IMG/VR virus record: IMGVR_UViG_3300006805_000044
Span: 1 to 47,384 of that record
DNA: 47,384 bases
Reading direction: 5' to 3' (one strand)
Source: a virus
Lineage: Duplodnaviria > Caudoviricetes
The position numbers were made by a program, and so were the translations under genes. The notes under the pieces are model-generated. The model did not search any database, had not been told where the DNA came from, and was given only the letters and a program-made list of their open reading frames with translations. Shown here piece after piece: positions 18,179-27,242 of this stretch; the first letter of the stretch is position 1, and each line of letters begins with the position of its first letter.

Positions 18179-18951
18179 TCCCAACCCCCTGCGCCCATGG
18201 CGCTGTCGATGGCGGCGTCGAGGTCTAGGCCAAATACAGGCTTTGTGGTCCGAATCCCGAATTCTGATTCGACGCGTACGCACCACGGTATCGACGGCAG
18301 TGCGCCGAACATGTCGATGTCGTGATGTCCGCGCAGCCACCGATACCGCCTCGCATCCTCGGAATCCCGCGCATCGGCGGGAGGTGAGATGTAGCAAGGA
18401 AACGCCCCGGCGCCGCATTTATCCGGGTAGCTCTCGGCCTCGTCGGCCGCCGTCGCCTCGTCGAGAAACACGGACAGCGACCTCCCCTGTGCGCGCACAA
18501 CCCACGCCACGGGCGCATCGCCAGAGCGCGGCGCTTCGACAACGTTGCCAGCGATACGTCGAGCCTCGTCGACCTTGGCCTGGGAAACGTGACCTGCGGC
18601 GACGAGCATCCGCAGAACGTAGTCTGCACTGCCCTGCAGCGGCTCAGGAGCAGCGGCGAGCATGGCGGTCCAGATGCGTGTAGGGCTTCTTCCGCGAACC
18701 ATGCCGTGCGATTCTTCGCGCATCATCGCAGCATCTGCGGACAGCAGCATTTCCTCAGTCGGCTCGATCGGCACCAGCGCATACCCGGCCGGCACAGCGC
18801 CAGAGCGCGCGCGGGCACTAGCCTGCCAACATTCCCACAAGCGCTCAGTTCCTTGAGCTTTATAGTTTCCCCACTCGGTTCTGGCGCAATCGCGAGCGCC
18901 TCCGAGCTTTGCCCACTTCTCAAACTCCGCCCGTTCGGTTTCGGTTGTCAT
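18175..18951 (-). CDS. Mosaic phage accessory protein
   Basis: Start MTTETERAEFEKW with GGAG; modules 'VPAGYALVPIEPTEEM...WTAMLAAAP', 'PVAW' and 'DARRYRWLR...DLDAAID'. Confidence 0.6.
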   Translation of the reverse strand: MTTETERAEFEKWAKLGGARDCARTEWGNYKAQGTERLWECWQASARARSGAVPAGYALVPIEPTEEMLLSADAAMMREESHGMVRGRSPTRIWTAMLAAAPEPLQGSADYVLRMLVAAGHVSQAKVDEARRIAGNVVEAPRSGDAPVAWVVRAQGRSLSVFLDEATAADEAESYPDKCGAGAFPCYISPPADARDSEDARRYRWLRGHHDIDMFGALPSIPWCVRVESEFGIRTTKPVFGLDLDAAIDSAMGAGGWE

Positions 18952-18952
18952 G

Positions 18953-19168
18953 TCAATTCTCCGACTGTAGTTTGGCGAGGGCGGCGCGAAGATCAGAGAT
19001 TCGCGAATTGTCTGCGATCTTCCATCCGACAACGCCATTGCAATTTGTCGCCGCCTCAATCACGGCCTTGATCGCCGCCCATTCGTCGGTTGTGATCCGA
19101 TACCACTCCGTCTGATCGTGACAGCTCGGCTGGCTGCGGCGCGACTCTATGCGCTCGATGGTGTTCAT
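18953..19168 (-). CDS. Hypothetical protein
   Basis: 71-aa ORF in the array. Confidence 0.5.
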   Translation of the reverse strand: MNTIERIESRRSQPSCHDQTEWYRITTDEWAAIKAVIEAATNCNGVVGWKIADNSRISDLRAALAKLQSEN

Positions 19169-19377
19169 TTAAACGGGTTCCCCTTGTCGTATTCAGCGCG
19201 CCGCGCAACGCATCATTTCACTCGCTCGACGATTCGACTGTCGAAGCACTGGATGCTCTGAGGGTCTGATCGAAATTCGGCGTCGATCAGCGCAAGTAGC
19301 GCGAAAGCCTCGTCCGTGTTCCGGAAGTTATCCTCTATCCGGCGCTGTTCTTTATCGGTCATGCGCATGCGGTTCAT
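19165..19377 (-). pseudogene. 70-codon gene interrupted by an in-frame TGA (19213-19215)
   Basis: MNRMRMTDKEQ...IVERVK*CVARRAEYDKGNPFK*; both the start and the distal stop are ATGA-coupled to neighbours. Confidence 0.5.
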
Positions 19378-19670
19378 TTCGGCTCCGTGAGTTTGCGGTA
19401 CAGAGCGTCGGCGCGCTCAAGATCTTCGATTGTGAGTTCGGCGCGTCCGGCGATGCTGGAGTGAACGGCCATGAACACGCCGGTCTTTGCTCTCGCTCCG
19501 CCCATCTCGCGCTCAACAACGGCGTAGCGCGCGAACGGCGCGATGGCTTCAATCAACTCGGCGATTGCCGGGCCGTGTTTGTCGACCCAATGCGCGGCCT
19601 TTCGTTCCGTTTCATCGGACCAGTTGCCGGTCGTCGCGTTCAACTCCGCCAACTCTTTCTGCGCGGTCAT
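19374..19670 (-). CDS. Hypothetical protein
   Basis: 98-aa ORF in the array. Confidence 0.55.
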   Translation of the reverse strand: MTAQKELAELNATTGNWSDETERKAAHWVDKHGPAIAELIEAIAPFARYAVVEREMGGARAKTGVFMAVHSSIAGRAELTIEDLERADALYRKLTEPK

Positions 19671-19673
19671 GGC

Positions 19674-19862
19674 TCAATTCCAGGTTGACGGATCGATGGT
19701 TTCTGCCTCGCCCCAGGTGCACGGGCCGCACATGTCGGTGCGCACTTGGACCTTCCCGTTTTGAACAAGCGTCACTGTGGGTGACTGCCCGCATACGCAG
19801 CACTTGCTACGGTAGTCGGGCTGATAGCCGTCCTGCTTGTTCTGGTTTTTGCTCTTGCTCAT
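19674..19862 (-). CDS. Small Zn-finger protein
   Basis: CCVCG...MCGPC; GAGG RBS; ATGA-coupled. Confidence 0.6.
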   Translation of the reverse strand: MSKSKNQNKQDGYQPDYRSKCCVCGQSPTVTLVQNGKVQVRTDMCGPCTWGEAETIDPSTWN

Positions 19863-20212
19863 ACCTCACCTCTCGCCTTGGCAAGTGCGGCGCGGGCTTC
19901 GGCATGCAGATCGTTTAATGCATCTTCCGCCGTCAACGAATCCCAAAATTCTACAACCGACTCCAGCGCCGCATACAGCCTCGGCGAAGCGATAATGGCG
20001 GCTACGATCTTGTCCGCGTAGTCCGCAACTGGCGTGCTTTCGATGTTGTGGTTGTAGGCTTCGGCGACGATAACGACTACTTCTCCATAGCATGCGCCGT
20101 CCGCAGGAATCAGCGTGCGGTATGCGGTATTTCTCCACTCATCGTTCATTGCATGCCAATCGCTGCGCCCGAGCGTGAACGTGACCGGCATAAACCTCGT
20201 CTGAGTGGTCAT
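19859..20212 (-). CDS. Hypothetical protein
   Basis: Start MTTQTRF (ATGA-coupled); C-terminal 'IIASPRLYAALE...ARAALAKARGE' phage motif. Confidence 0.55.
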   Translation of the reverse strand: MTTQTRFMPVTFTLGRSDWHAMNDEWRNTAYRTLIPADGACYGEVVVIVAEAYNHNIESTPVADYADKIVAAIIASPRLYAALESVVEFWDSLTAEDALNDLHAEARAALAKARGEV

Positions 20213-20466
20213 TTCTGCGTCACCTTGAACTCTGCGTTGCGGATCTTTGTCATCGACTTTTCGAGGCTCTTGAGCTTCGCGGATCGGCGGCGATCGAAGT
20301 CGGCTCGGGCGGATTCTTCGGTCAGGTGGAATTCGTTTCTGTGGAAGTATTGAGCAAAGCCGCCCTTGAATCGCTGATATACGGCGAAATCTTCGCGCTT
20401 TACTTCCGCATCGCACGTAAAAACGCCTTCGGTAAACGCGTACTTCGTGACGTAGATGGTGGTCAT
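20209..20466 (-). CDS. Conserved phage hypothetical protein
   Basis: 'YVTKYAFTEGV...EFHLTEESA...RR.AKLKSLEK' pattern; GGGG RBS. Confidence 0.6.
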   Translation of the reverse strand: MTTIYVTKYAFTEGVFTCDAEVKREDFAVYQRFKGGFAQYFHRNEFHLTEESARADFDRRRSAKLKSLEKSMTKIRNAEFKVTQK

Positions 20467-20810
20467 TCCCCACTCCCCTCGCGCCTCTGGCGCATCTTCG
20501 CATCAACGCTGTCGGCCGCAGCTTCGGTAACGGCCTGGTAGAGATTCATGCCGAGCTGGCGGATCATGCGCAGCAGATCGTCTTTAGCCCACGATGGCGC
20601 TGGAAGGCATTCGGAGGCGTAGAGTGCGGCGAGAAGGTCGGCGGCACTGTCGGTCCCGCTGCCCAAATACAACCAATAGGCTACGACCTCAGAAAGCCGA
20701 GACTTGTCCGCAATGATCGCATCCGCCTCGCGGTCAATCGCCGCAGCGCGTGCATCGGCGCGCTCTCCTTCCGCATCGTAAGCGTCGGAGTAATCGGTAA
20801 GGTGTTGCAT
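20463..20810 (-). CDS. Hypothetical protein
   Basis: Start MQHLTDY, adjacent to the upstream stop. Confidence 0.5.
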   Translation of the reverse strand: MQHLTDYSDAYDAEGERADARAAAIDREADAIIADKSRLSEVVAYWLYLGSGTDSAADLLAALYASECLPAPSWAKDDLLRMIRQLGMNLYQAVTEAAADSVDAKMRQRREGSGE

Positions 20811-20811
20811 G

Positions 20812-21000
20812 TCAGTAGCTCGCTGCAAAGATTCGGTCAGGAATGATGATTACAACGCCATCACGCGGCACGCGAACGCCAGCCACGACGCTCTCGACAA
20901 CTGGCGCATCGCCGTTCACCTCAAGCAATCGTATTGCTGCAGCATTCAGTGCCGGCAGCAGAAACGCGATTATCGCAAGGGCTTTCAGTCGAGTAGTCAT
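20812..21000 (-). CDS. Small protein with N-terminal signal/TM segment
   Basis: MTTRLKALAIIAFLLPALNAAA; first gene after the promoter at 21024-21052. Confidence 0.5.
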   Translation of the reverse strand: MTTRLKALAIIAFLLPALNAAAIRLLEVNGDAPVVESVVAGVRVPRDGVVIIIPDRIFAASY

Positions 21001-21023
21001 GCGATTCCCCGGTGATTGACGTT

Positions 21024-21052
21024 AGCCTACTTCCGTAAACATCTGTTGTCAA
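21024..21052 (-). promoter_or_regulatory. sigma70-type promoter TTGACA-17-TAGGCT with operator in the spacer
   Basis: -35 at 21047-21052, -10 at 21024-21029; AACATCTGTT at 21038-21047. Confidence 0.7.
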
Positions 21053-21928
21053 CTACAGCGGGCTACTGTCGTAGGCTACCTGATCACGTTCTTCCTGCTT
21101 CGCTTGGACGATGCCGCGCATGCGGTCGCCGGGCTGAGGACGAGCCTCGACTTCTTGGCGCGGAAAGAAGTCGTCGATCTTCGCGGCGCCGTCTTTCAGC
21201 GAGTTCAGCACGGCGCGGAGATCCGTAAGGTCATCCGGTGTCATCTCAGCGATCTGCCGGCCAACGCGTTTCTCGATCTTGTCGGCCGTGACGCCAAGGC
21301 GCGCGAAGTATGCGACGGCCTTGTTGATGCGATCGGCAAACGGTTCTTCCGCCTTTCCGGCCATCGTGCGCTTGCACTGCTCGATGGCCTCATCCTTGAT
21401 ATGCGTCGGAAGCACGGCAAGGATGCGAGCACGCAGGCGGCGTCCACCCATGTTCGCCGTTATCTCGTACACGTCGCGTTCTTCTCGCAGCTCTTTGCTG
21501 CCGCCCTTCGTGTCTCGAATGTGGCGCACAGTGAACTTCTGCGAGGTGCGTACATTCGCCTCGTCGTCGGAGGCCCATGCCTCCATTTCGCTGTAGCCGT
21601 CACCGCGAGACAGCTCAGTTATGCCGTAGGAGATGTTGCCCCAACATCTAGCCAGTTCTTCGGCGAGGCGAATGCTCGGGCCGGTGACAGTCTGTCCAGA
21701 GCGCGGATACGCGTATGCCGCCGACTCGGCGAGACTCATGCGCGAGCATGCTTCGACGACGCGCTGAAATGCCTTCGTCTCGTCGCGCGGGAAGCGCTTT
21801 GCGATGGCCAGTCGTCCCTGTGCCTCCGCTACCGCGCGATCCGACTCGATCGTTACTGCGCCAGCGTTGATGCCGATGGGCGCCGGCTTGGCCGGGAATG
21901 CGGGCTTGTTGGTGGGGTCGACGCTCAT
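21053..21928 (-). CDS. Putative single-strand annealing recombinase (partner of the YqaJ exonuclease)
   Basis: 'AKRFPRDE...YAYPRSGQTVTGPSIRLAEELARCWGNI' family pattern; clustered with SSB and YqaJ. The function is inferred from synteny. Confidence 0.55.
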   Translation of the reverse strand: MSVDPTNKPAFPAKPAPIGINAGAVTIESDRAVAEAQGRLAIAKRFPRDETKAFQRVVEACSRMSLAESAAYAYPRSGQTVTGPSIRLAEELARCWGNISYGITELSRGDGYSEMEAWASDDEANVRTSQKFTVRHIRDTKGGSKELREERDVYEITANMGGRRLRARILAVLPTHIKDEAIEQCKRTMAGKAEEPFADRINKAVAYFARLGVTADKIEKRVGRQIAEMTPDDLTDLRAVLNSLKDGAAKIDDFFPRQEVEARPQPGDRMRGIVQAKQEERDQVAYDSSPL

Positions 21929-21970
21929 GAGTGCTCCGTAGTGCGGCGCTCCTGTGCGGAGCGCCATGGA

Positions 21971-22261
21971 TTAGAAGGGAATCGAATCGTCTTTTGCAGC
22001 ATCGACTGCCGGCCTCGCCTTCTGCCCGGCATCTTTGTTGGGGTTTTCGCGAAATACCGACACCAACACGCGACGCTTGCGTTCACGATTCGCGATCATC
22101 GCGAGCGATGGGTTCAGCGCCGAGTTGTTGATGAGCAGGAATTCGCTCCCGTCATCGCCTTCCATGAGCGATCCGATGTTCTCGTACTCGCCCTTCGTCT
22201 TTCCGTCTTTCTCGTACTCTCCGACCTTGATCGCAAGGTCGGCAATCTTCGTGATGGCCAT
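21971..22261 (-). CDS. ssb: Single-stranded DNA-binding protein (short phage type)
   Basis: Beta-rich 'KVGEYEKDGKTKGEYENIG' and acidic C-terminal tail DDSIPF. Confidence 0.7.
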   Translation of the reverse strand: MAITKIADLAIKVGEYEKDGKTKGEYENIGSLMEGDDGSEFLLINNSALNPSLAMIANRERKRRVLVSVFRENPNKDAGQKARPAVDAAKDDSIPF

Positions 22262-22264
22262 GGG

Positions 22265-22510
22265 TCATTCCTCGATCTGCGGATCGGTCGTCGGCAACCT
22301 CGGAAGATCCGGCTGGCTGTCGATTTCCTGAGCGCCAGCAACCTCGATAACGGTGAGCGGGTTGCGCAGCAGTGGGAGGTCGGCGCGCGACGTTACGCGA
22401 ACCTGAGGACGGTACACATGCGCGATCGCTTGATCGCGACTGCGCGCTTCGACGTAGCGCAGCTTCCCGGCCGCGTCGGGAAGTTCGTAGATATAGGTCT
22501 TCGTGGCCAT
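22265..22510 (-). CDS. Hypothetical protein
   Basis: MATKTYIY...RYVEARSRDQAIAHV. Confidence 0.55.
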   Translation of the reverse strand: MATKTYIYELPDAAGKLRYVEARSRDQAIAHVYRPQVRVTSRADLPLLRNPLTVIEVAGAQEIDSQPDLPRLPTTDPQIEE

Positions 22511-22514
22511 GGTC

Positions 22515-23441
22515 TCACTTCTTGGCGTGATTGATCCGCATATCGATGCGGGCTTTTCTCTCGTAGCTGACGTGACCGCCAGCAACAGGGAATCGGGTAA
22601 TGGTGCCGGCCGGACCGGAGGCGCCTGGGCGATTGCCGAGCAAGTCTGCGATCTCTGAGGCGAGCGCCTTAGCATCTTCGTCACTGGCCTTGGCCGCCTG
22701 CGACGCGATGCGATGCAGTCGCATCAAGTCCGTTATCTTATCCCCATCGACGAGCGCAAGCGCGTCGCCAGTGATGCTCGGATGCAAACGCTTGATGACG
22801 GGCGCGTCGCGATAATAGTCCGGTTTCGGTGGCTCTCCATCGGCGATCGAGCGCCAGAAGTCGGCGACGGATTCGATGATTGCCGCATGTACAGCGGCAT
22901 CTGCTTCGCGATGCAGCAGCCGGACAGCATTCCCGCCGACCAACGCAGCGAGCGTGAGTGTCGGATAGCCGGACACTAGCATCTCGTGTTGCATCTGCAG
23001 CTCGATATGCGGGGGCGCCTCGACGTAGCCGGCCGCGTCATCGGTTTCGTAGACGACGAGCCAACCGTCTCTCATTGCGCGCACGTCAACGTTCTTGATT
23101 TCAAGCAAGCGAGTGTCGTCGCCCGTCTCGATCAGCCAGTCGAACGAGCTACCGATGCGGTGGTCAGGCAGGCGCATGTAGTCCGTCAGCGGCGCTCCGC
23201 GCCAGCCATTGTCCTCGCACGCGCCAGCCGCGATCACATCCTGCAGTCGACGCCCCCACCGCATGCGCTCGGTTTCCTCGAACTCGTCCGTGATATTTCC
23301 GGCCTTCTGGTGCCACAACTCGAACGCGGACAAGTACGGGCTACAGCCAAACAGCGCTGCAATCTCGGTACTCGTCACGTCGAAGCGGCGGGCATTGAGC
23401 CAGTCTTCGCGGGTGGTGTGGGGGATGACCTCGCGGTTCAT
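22515..23441 (-). CDS. YqaJ/lambda-exonuclease-like viral recombinase nuclease
   Basis: 'WLNARR..VTSTEIAALFGCSPY.SAFELWHQK...M.WG..L...SSFDW...LLEIKN...Q.QHEM..SG'. Confidence 0.85.
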   Translation of the reverse strand: MNREVIPHTTREDWLNARRFDVTSTEIAALFGCSPYLSAFELWHQKAGNITDEFEETERMRWGRRLQDVIAAGACEDNGWRGAPLTDYMRLPDHRIGSSFDWLIETGDDTRLLEIKNVDVRAMRDGWLVVYETDDAAGYVEAPPHIELQMQHEMLVSGYPTLTLAALVGGNAVRLLHREADAAVHAAIIESVADFWRSIADGEPPKPDYYRDAPVIKRLHPSITGDALALVDGDKITDLMRLHRIASQAAKASDEDAKALASEIADLLGNRPGASGPAGTITRFPVAGGHVSYERKARIDMRINHAKK

Positions 23442-23644
23442 ACGCGCTCCGCCAGTTCGCGCCACGCCTCGGCACGAACGCGTTGGCCGGCCGCAAGATC
23501 GGTGTAGAACTGCTCGCGACGCAGCTTGACTTCGGGGTCGCCGAGCGGATCAAGCCGGCATGCCTCCGCTTCGGCCTCACTGGCGCATGCCTCATGCTCT
23601 GAGGCCGCGGCCATAGCCAGGTAGTAATCGCGTCGATCACTCAT
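23438..23644 (-). CDS. Hypothetical protein
   Basis: GGAG RBS; coupled ORF. Confidence 0.5.
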   Translation of the reverse strand: MSDRRDYYLAMAAASEHEACASEAEAEACRLDPLGDPEVKLRREQFYTDLAAGQRVRAEAWRELAERV

Positions 23645-23852
23645 GTCGGCTCTCCGCCCAGGCCATCACGGCGTGCAGCGACTCGTCGACCGGTTGCCGC
23701 AGATCCATGCGACGGTCGAAGCGGGCGAGCGCCTGCGATCGTACCGTGTCACTGAACCCTGCCGAGCGGATAGTCTCTCGCGCTACCGTCTCAGGATCTG
23801 CGACGGGCATCGGCCCCATGAGAGAATCGAATACGCGTTGAAGAATGTTCAT
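23637..23852 (-). CDS. Hypothetical protein (first gene of the leftward early operon)
   Basis: Start MNILQRV with GGGG RBS. Confidence 0.5.
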   Translation of the reverse strand: MNILQRVFDSLMGPMPVADPETVARETIRSAGFSDTVRSQALARFDRRMDLRQPVDESLHAVMAWAESRHE

Positions 23853-24070
23853 TGGTCGCCCCGGAGTGAATGCCGCTGTATCGCCAGCGGCGTGCGCCGT
23901 CATGCCGTTGCGAGGTCTTGACCTTTGCCGCGGACGGTCAGCGGGTCGGTCCATGGCGCCTCACGGCGCGCGCCCTGCAGGTGTGGCCGAGCGGGGAATA
24001 CTCGACTACTGGGCTCAGTTGAGCGCTTGTGGCGCTCTGCGGTAAACTTCCGTTACCAGCAACGAAGCCA

Positions 24071-24098
24071 ACTATACTCAGGCAACGATTGTTGTCAA
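24071..24098 (-). promoter_or_regulatory. Leftward early promoter TTGACA-16-TATAGT
   Basis: -35 at 24093-24098, -10 at 24071-24076; operator AACGATTGTT at 24084-24093. Confidence 0.75.
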
Positions 24099-24102
24099 CA
24101 CC

Positions 24103-24131
24103 TTGCGGAAAACTATTTTCGCGTTCACTAT
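24103..24131 (+). promoter_or_regulatory. Rightward promoter TTGCGG-17-CACTAT
   Basis: Back-to-back with the leftward promoter; upstream of the AGGAGG RBS of the Cro-like gene. Confidence 0.5.
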
Positions 24132-24147
24132 CCAACCAGGAGGAACC

Positions 24148-24348
24148 ATGGCACGTAAACGAAAATTCGTATGCCCTAAGAAGGTCATCAAGGCGTATGG
24201 CTCGCGAGCGATAACCGCGGAAAGACTCGGCGTGACCCGGCAATGCGTCGGGCAGTGGGTCCTGCGCAGGGCATCCGTTCCGGCGACATACCACATTCGC
24301 CTCGCGCACGATCACCCGGCAGAGTTCGGTCACCTGCTCGATGCCTGA
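24148..24348 (+). CDS. Cro-like HTH regulator
   Basis: 'VIKAYGSRAITAERLGVTRQCVGQW...VP'; AGGAGG RBS; first rightward gene. Confidence 0.8.
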   Translation: MARKRKFVCPKKVIKAYGSRAITAERLGVTRQCVGQWVLRRASVPATYHIRLAHDHPAEFGHLLDA

Positions 24349-24856
24349 CTGGCGAACCAGCGAAGCTCCCTATGCGCGGCGCTCGGTCGTGCTCGACGCC
24401 GTTTCTGAGCGGCGCCTGAAAGCCTCGCGTATTCGCATTGAGCATCGTCATCGTGACCGCCTCTGTTTCGATATTGTCTGCGCCTGCGGGCGAGAATTCG
24501 ATGTTGACGCAGAGGCTGATGGCGACATCCAGTCCAGCATTGAGGCGGCGTGGCCACGCGCGCATCGAGGATGCGCCGAGCGTGTATCGGCGAAGCGCGA
24601 GGCAGCGCGACTACAGGCCACTGAGCTCGTTGAGCCGGGACCCGTCCGCCGCGCAACGTCGGCGCAGATTCGGACGCTGTGGAGAGATCCATTCATCCGC
24701 GAGTTCTTGACGACGTTCTACGTGCCAGCCCGCCAGCACGGGGAGTCGTCCGTGCCGAACGTCATCGGCGCGATATTCCCGGACGGAACTGTGTTCCGTG
24801 GCGGAACAGCGCTGGCGCCGAACGAGGTTCTTGTACGCTGGCCGGATACGCGGTAA
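24341..24856 (+). CDS. Hypothetical protein
   Basis: 171 aa, overlaps the Cro-like gene; CxC...HxxC. Confidence 0.5.
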   Translation: MPDWRTSEAPYARRSVVLDAVSERRLKASRIRIEHRHRDRLCFDIVCACGREFDVDAEADGDIQSSIEAAWPRAHRGCAERVSAKREAARLQATELVEPGPVRRATSAQIRTLWRDPFIREFLTTFYVPARQHGESSVPNVIGAIFPDGTVFRGGTALAPNEVLVRWPDTR

Positions 24857-24903
24857 CCACCAGGTTATGTAGTCAAACCGATAAAGGTGAATTGGGTGAA
24901 GCG

Positions 24904-25341
24904 ATGAGCAGGATTCAAGTGTTGCCTCACGTCATGGCCGATATGGCGGCGCGGATTGCGAAAGGCGCCGATCAGTACGGCGATCCGCTGACGACGGAGA
25001 ATGGACGCGATGCTCTACAAGACGCCTACGAAGAAGCGCTGGATCTCGCGATGTATCTAAAGCAAGCGCTTATGGAGCGGGCGATCAGAAGCGATGTAAT
25101 CCAGCGGTTTCCGAATGGATATTTTGCTACTAGTGAAAAGGCCAGCCCTGTGTCGTGGTCTGGACAGGTCCCGGAAGCCGAGAAAGATTGGCGCGAATGG
25201 GCTAACACGCGCTACAGCGAAATCCTGGCGCAAACGAAACCTCAGCCGGCGTTAGTGACATACGAGCCGTGGCCAGGTCCCAACTGGTCGCAGGCGCCGG
25301 ATTGGGCAATGTGGTGGTGCGTTTCTCCGATTCACTGGTGA
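24904..25341 (+). CDS. MazG-like all-alpha NTP pyrophosphohydrolase-like domain plus accessory tail
   Basis: 'R..KG..QYG..L...NGRDALQDAYEEALDLAMYL' (EExxD acidic helix). Confidence 0.55.
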   Translation: MSRIQVLPHVMADMAARIAKGADQYGDPLTTENGRDALQDAYEEALDLAMYLKQALMERAIRSDVIQRFPNGYFATSEKASPVSWSGQVPEAEKDWREWANTRYSEILAQTKPQPALVTYEPWPGPNWSQAPDWAMWWCVSPIHW

Positions 25342-25371
25342 CTGGAGAGAATCATTGCGTCGGAGCCCCGC

Positions 25372-25683
25372 GTGAAATACCACGCCCAATACCCATGCCG
25401 CTGTCGATCATGCGGCCGGCGACGCACGCTGCCGCGTCACCCGGGGAAGTACCTTCGCCATCCCGCATGCCATTACTGCGGGCGCAGACGTGACACATGG
25501 CGCATAGATAACTGGCGCCGCCTGCGCGAGCACCAGCGCTACGCGTGCACCTGCGGTGGCATCGATGGCGTGTACAACTGGGCGGGTCCGCATCGACGTG
25601 GTTCGTTGTGGTGCCAGCATGGCCGCGCTACAGAGGCGCAGATAGCCGAACGATTCCCGCACCTATTCGCATGTACGAACTAA
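25372..25683 (+). CDS. Cys/His-rich Zn-binding protein
   Basis: CRCRSC, CHYC, CTC...HRRGS.WC.H. Confidence 0.6.
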   Translation: MKYHAQYPCRCRSCGRRRTLPRHPGKYLRHPACHYCGRRRDTWRIDNWRRLREHQRYACTCGGIDGVYNWAGPHRRGSLWCQHGRATEAQIAERFPHLFACTN

Positions 25684-27242
25684 GGCCGTACCAATCAGCC
25701 GGCGTGAAAGAATGCGGCGATGCGTTCCGCGCCGGATTTCGTGCGCCCGCACTCGTGATTCCGACTGCCGGCGGGAAAACGCCCTGTGCTGCGCACATCA
25801 TCCGCTCAGTGACACAACGCGGCTGGCGCACACTGTTCCTCGCTCACCGCAAGGAACTGATCGACCAAGCATCTGCGAAACTGCATGAATGGGAAGTCGA
25901 GCACGGCATCGTGATGGCCGGCCGCATGCCGGATCGGCGTCACGCGGTGCAGGTCGCATCCGTCGCCACGATGATCAACCGACTCGATCGCTACGACGCG
26001 TTCGATCTTATCGTGATCGACGAGTGTCACCGCTCCGGCGCGCCGTCGTATGGCACGATCAACGACTACTACGGAAATCCGCGCAAGCTCGGGCTCACCG
26101 GAACGTTCTGCCGCCTCGATGGCAAGCCGCTCGGCGTGGCCGGCGGCGGCCTGTTCGACTACATCGCGCAAGGGCCGTCTACGCGAGAACTGATCGAACA
26201 GCGGTATATCAAGCCGTACCGGTTCTACCAGCCTGACGCGCTTGATCTCTCGGGCGTCGGTACGCGAGCCGGGGAGTACATCGCTGCTGACGCGGCGGGT
26301 GTCGTCGACAAGCCGAAGATCATCGGGTCGATCGTTGATCACCATGCGAAGCTCGGGGCCGGGCGGCCATCGATCATCTTCGCCGCGTCGGTCGAGCACG
26401 CCGAACATGTCGCCGAGGCGTTCCGCCGCACTAGCCTACGCGCCACAGCATGCTCAGCTGACACGGACGACAAGCTGCGAGCCGGCGTACTCAAGGATCT
26501 CGCGAACGGCCAACTCGACGTTGCCGTGAACGTCGGTCTCTGGATCGAGGGCATGGACTGCCCGGCGATCAGCTACGTCGGACTCGGCCGGCCCACCAAG
26601 TCGCTGACCTACTATCGACAGGCTGTTGGCCGCGGGTTCCGTCTGCATCCGGATTGGTCTGACCTCGTGATCGCTGATCACGCCAACTGCCAGCTCGAAC
26701 ACGGCTATCCCTGCGTACACATCGAATATACGCTCGACGGCCGGCCTACGCGGGACAAGGACGAGGAAGACGTAGCGGTCAAGCGCTGCGAGCGCTGCTA
26801 CGCCGTCTGCATGGCGTCGGCGCGCGTCTGTGACGCGCTACTGCCGGACGGCCGTGTTTGCGGCTGGGTGTTCGCCCAGGCGCCGCCCAGGCCGCGCGAG
26901 GTGCGTCAGGTTGAGGGCACGCTGCGCGAGGCGGACCTGCAGGCGGTCATCGCCGAGGAAGCGCGCAAGGCGGCGGAGCGGCGCTCGCAAGAGGGTTCCG
27001 CGCGGTCGCCGGAGGCGCTCGCCGCCCTGGCCGCCGAGCGCGGCTACGCGGAAGGCTGGGCGGCGCACAGGCAGAAAGCGCGGGACGAGAAAGCGGACCT
27101 GCAGCGGCGGGCGGCTGAGCTGCGCCGGCAGCAGGGTTGCTCGCTGTCGGGACTGTATGCGCTGAAACCCAAGGCGCTGCGCGCCGAGATTGCGGAGCGG
27201 CTGCAGGTGCAGGCGGAAAAGGACGAGGCGGAGATCGCATGA
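25671..27242 (+). CDS. Superfamily 2 DExH helicase with Zn finger
   Basis: LRPYQ, PTAGGKT, DECH, LTGT, EGMD.P, QAVGRGFR; C-terminal CxxC...C...C. Confidence 0.9.
   Translation: MYELRPYQSAGVKECGDAFRAGFRAPALVIPTAGGKTPCAAHIIRSVTQRGWRTLFLAHRKELIDQASAKLHEWEVEHGIVMAGRMPDRRHAVQVASVATMINRLDRYDAFDLIVIDECHRSGAPSYGTINDYYGNPRKLGLTGTFCRLDGKPLGVAGGGLFDYIAQGPSTRELIEQRYIKPYRFYQPDALDLSGVGTRAGEYIAADAAGVVDKPKIIGSIVDHHAKLGAGRPSIIFAASVEHAEHVAEAFRRTSLRATACSADTDDKLRAGVLKDLANGQLDVAVNVGLWIEGMDCPAISYVGLGRPTKSLTYYRQAVGRGFRLHPDWSDLVIADHANCQLEHGYPCVHIEYTLDGRPTRDKDEEDVAVKRCERCYAVCMASARVCDALLPDGRVCGWVFAQAPPRPREVRQVEGTLREADLQAVIAEEARKAAERRSQEGSARSPEALAALAAERGYAEGWAAHRQKARDEKADLQRRAAELRRQQGCSLSGLYALKPKALRAEIAERLQVQAEKDEAEIA

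Noticed and set aside
21104-22534. Long + strand ORFs opposite the early genes (476 aa here; 340 aa at 17147-18169)
   Set aside because: Antisense shadows of well-supported minus-strand genes in GC-rich DNA; no motifs or RBS.
23853-24147. Expected cI repressor or integrase for a temperate lifestyle
   Set aside because: No HTH-S24 or tyrosine/serine recombinase motifs found in the window; lifestyle cannot be settled because part of the genome is missing.
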